Positions 17,656-19,817 of a DNA stretch of 19,817 bases are shown piece by piece. The position numbers and the translations under genes are program-made. The stretch comes from Vulcanisaeta sp. AZ3 (GTDB taxonomy: Archaea; Thermoproteota; Thermoprotei; Thermoproteales; Thermocladiaceae), in the NCBI GenBank assembly GCA_000960865.2, contig JZWU02000029.1, forward strand, positions 1-19,817, given 5' to 3'. The notes beneath the pieces are model-generated. The model was not told the DNA's origin. It saw only the letters and a list, made by a program, of their open reading frames with translations, and made no database searches. Each line of letters begins with the position of its first letter. The stretch's first letter is position 1.

Positions 17656-17774
17656 ACCCACAGGTCCTTAATTGAAAATTGAAACAATGATTATGGAAAA
17701 CAGCATTATTGAACCTAGAACATTAGGAAAAATTTAAGCTTAGTGATTTTAGGTGTTAAAGGTATTCGTGGTAA

Positions 17775-18437
17775 ATGGAAAGACTTAATGATGTTAGGAG
17801 GACCTATGACCTAATCTCTAGGGTATACCCAGGAACTAGGGAGGATGGGTTATTAGCTAGGGAGTTGTTGGTTAGGGTGGGTGATCTCATTCGCAGGGTT
17901 GTGCCAAAGATTGTCCTGGATATTGGGGCTGGTGCTGGTGGTAATTTAAATCTCATGAGGGAATTCCTCAGCGGCACTCTTTACATTGGTTGTGAATTGA
18001 GCATTGGCATGATAAGGGCTTCTGGATTGAGTATTGAGTGGGTTAATTGTTCTGGAACTCACGTGCCGCTTAAGGATAGTTCGATAGACTTAGTCGTATC
18101 ACTGGCGACGCTTCACCACATACCTAGGGAGTTGGTAGGTGTTTTGCTTGGTGAGGTTTGGCGTGTTCTTAGGGTTGGTGGTTTGTTTGTGGTTACGGTG
18201 TGGGGTTGTACGGAGTACTTGGTTAGGCGGATGAGGTTAATTGGTGATTGTGAGGGTTATTTGCCTTGGAGTTATGGGGTTAGTGGTAGGGTGGAGAGGT
18301 ATTATAGGCTTTATAGGGGTGATGAGCTTGCTAGGGAGGTTGTAGGTGTGGGGTTTGAGGTTATAAATCAGGGTGCAATTAGGGTTGGGAGGCATTATGA
18401 TAATTATTATATTGTTTCTACAAAGATGAAATTGTAG
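17775..18437 (+). CDS. Class I SAM-dependent methyltransferase, Trm9/ALKBH8-like (candidate tRNA wobble-uridine methyltransferase)
   Basis: Motifs V...YD.I......TR, LDIGAGAG.N, SLATLHH, RVL..GG....VW, PW, RYY.LY...EL and DNYYIV..K. Confidence 0.75.
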   Translation: MERLNDVRRTYDLISRVYPGTREDGLLARELLVRVGDLIRRVVPKIVLDIGAGAGGNLNLMREFLSGTLYIGCELSIGMIRASGLSIEWVNCSGTHVPLKDSSIDLVVSLATLHHIPRELVGVLLGEVWRVLRVGGLFVVTVWGCTEYLVRRMRLIGDCEGYLPWSYGVSGRVERYYRLYRGDELAREVVGVGFEVINQGAIRVGRHYDNYYIVSTKMKL

Positions 18438-18527
18438 AGGTTAATTCAGACTTTGTCGTTTATTTTATGATAAATATAGTCAATATATTCGCGATATTTT
18501 TATTCTAATGCGTGGGTAATATGAGTG

Positions 18528-19817
18528 ATGAGTCTGCAGTATTATGACTATCAATTAACAATAGATAAAATAATTCGCAGGGCAGCTCAGCTAGTCCCTG
18601 GTGTTGAGCTTGTATATGCGCCGCCTGGGGGTCCTGTGGTTAGATCTAACTATGCTAAGGAGTGGGATAGGATTCAGAGGCTTGGTTCTGCCCTTGAGGA
18701 GCTTGGTGTCAAAGAGGGTGAGGTTGGTAAGTTTGGTAGTAGGGTTGCTGTTCTTGATTGGAATACCATTAGATATTACGAGCTTTATTTTGCGGTACCC
18801 TTGTATGGTGCTGTATTACATACGGTCAATATATTACTTTCTCCTGAGGACATACTATACACAATGATGCAGGCTCAAGATGAGGTATTATTCGTGAATG
18901 AGGATTTCATACCGTTGGCGAGGGTTGCATCATCGCTCATTAAGAGTATTAGAAAGGTTGTTATCATGAGCGATAAGTCTGAACATGGCGAAGTTAACTT
19001 TGATGGCGTTGAAGTTTATTGGTATGAGGAATTATTACGTGATGCAAGGCCCTACAGCTTCCCCGAGCTTAATGAAAATACTGTAGCTACCATGATGTTT
19101 ACATCAGGAACCACAGGAAGGCCTAAGGGCGCATACTTCACCCATAGGCAATTAGTTCTTCATGCGATATCCGTAGCACTAGCAATCACAATACCGCCGA
19201 TAAGTGCTAATATATATGACACAGCCATGCCTCTAGTTCCTATGTTTCATGTGCATGCCTGGGGTCTACCATATATAGCAACTTTAACTGGTATTAGGCA
19301 GGTCTATCCTGGACGTTTTGAGTGGGGGTGGATTTTAAGGATCATTAAGGAGGAGGGGGTTACATTGACGAATGGTGTACCTACGATACTCTATAACTTA
19401 CTTTATCATCCAGATTCGCCTAATTATGATTTAAAGGGCTTGAAGTTCATTGTTGGAGGTTCAGCATTGCCGAGGAGTTTACTCAATGAGGCCGCTAAAC
19501 GTGGTATTACCGTGCTCCAGGGCTTTGGGTTGACAGAAACCGCACCCGTCATTTCAATAACGTATGAGAAACCATACATGAAGAATTGGCCTGATGATGG
19601 GAGAATAGAGCTCATACTGAGTGCTGGGTTGCCGCTTCCGTTTGTTGAGGTTAGGGTTGTTGATGAGCAAGGTAGGGATGTGCCTAAGGATGGAAAACAA
19701 TGGGCGAGCTTGTGGTTAGGGCTCCTTGGTTAACACCAGCGTATTTTAAGGATCCTGAGAGGACTAAGGAGTTATGGCGTGGTGGTTGGTTACATACGGG
19801 GGATGTGGCTGTTTGGG
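18528..19817 (+). CDS. Medium/long-chain fatty acid-CoA ligase (ANL family), frameshifted at about 19694-19697 and truncated by the window end
   Basis: Motifs [20 protein letters not shown] and GFGLTET. After restoring one A, the frame continues [17 protein letters not shown]...[12 protein letters not shown]. Confidence 0.92.

Noticed and set aside
17670-17684. Short tandem AATTGAA-AATTGAAA in the SWIM/methyltransferase spacer
   Set aside because: Only two AT-rich copies, expected by chance. It is not a CRISPR repeat.

Overview
Archaeal chromosomal window, most likely Thermoproteales (Vulcanisaeta/Caldivirga-like; inferred from 16S signatures and gene style, not from a search). It starts with the 5' ~950 nt of an intron-free 16S rRNA gene on the minus strand, with its leader hairpin and BRE/TATA promoter. 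Next come an Lhr helicase with a C-terminal Cys4 motif, a divergent orphan ParA/MinD-like ATPase, dihydroorotase, an MFS transporter paired divergently with a family III CoA-transferase, and sufC divergent from sufBD. These are followed by a SAM methyltransferase, an AbrB-PhoU regulator divergent from three phosphohydrolases, a small Zn-ribbon protein, a SWIM protein, a Trm9-like methyltransferase and an acyl-CoA ligase that runs off the end. sufC and the ligase are each broken by a single missing A in an A run, probably a sequencing error. I see no mobile element, CRISPR array or tRNA. The content is mostly housekeeping. The best leads are the orphan ParA/MinD protein, the PhoU-phosphohydrolase cluster with two strong palindromes, patchy strand skew that ignores gene direction, the Trm9-like enzyme, and a 16S variant at the 806R primer site.
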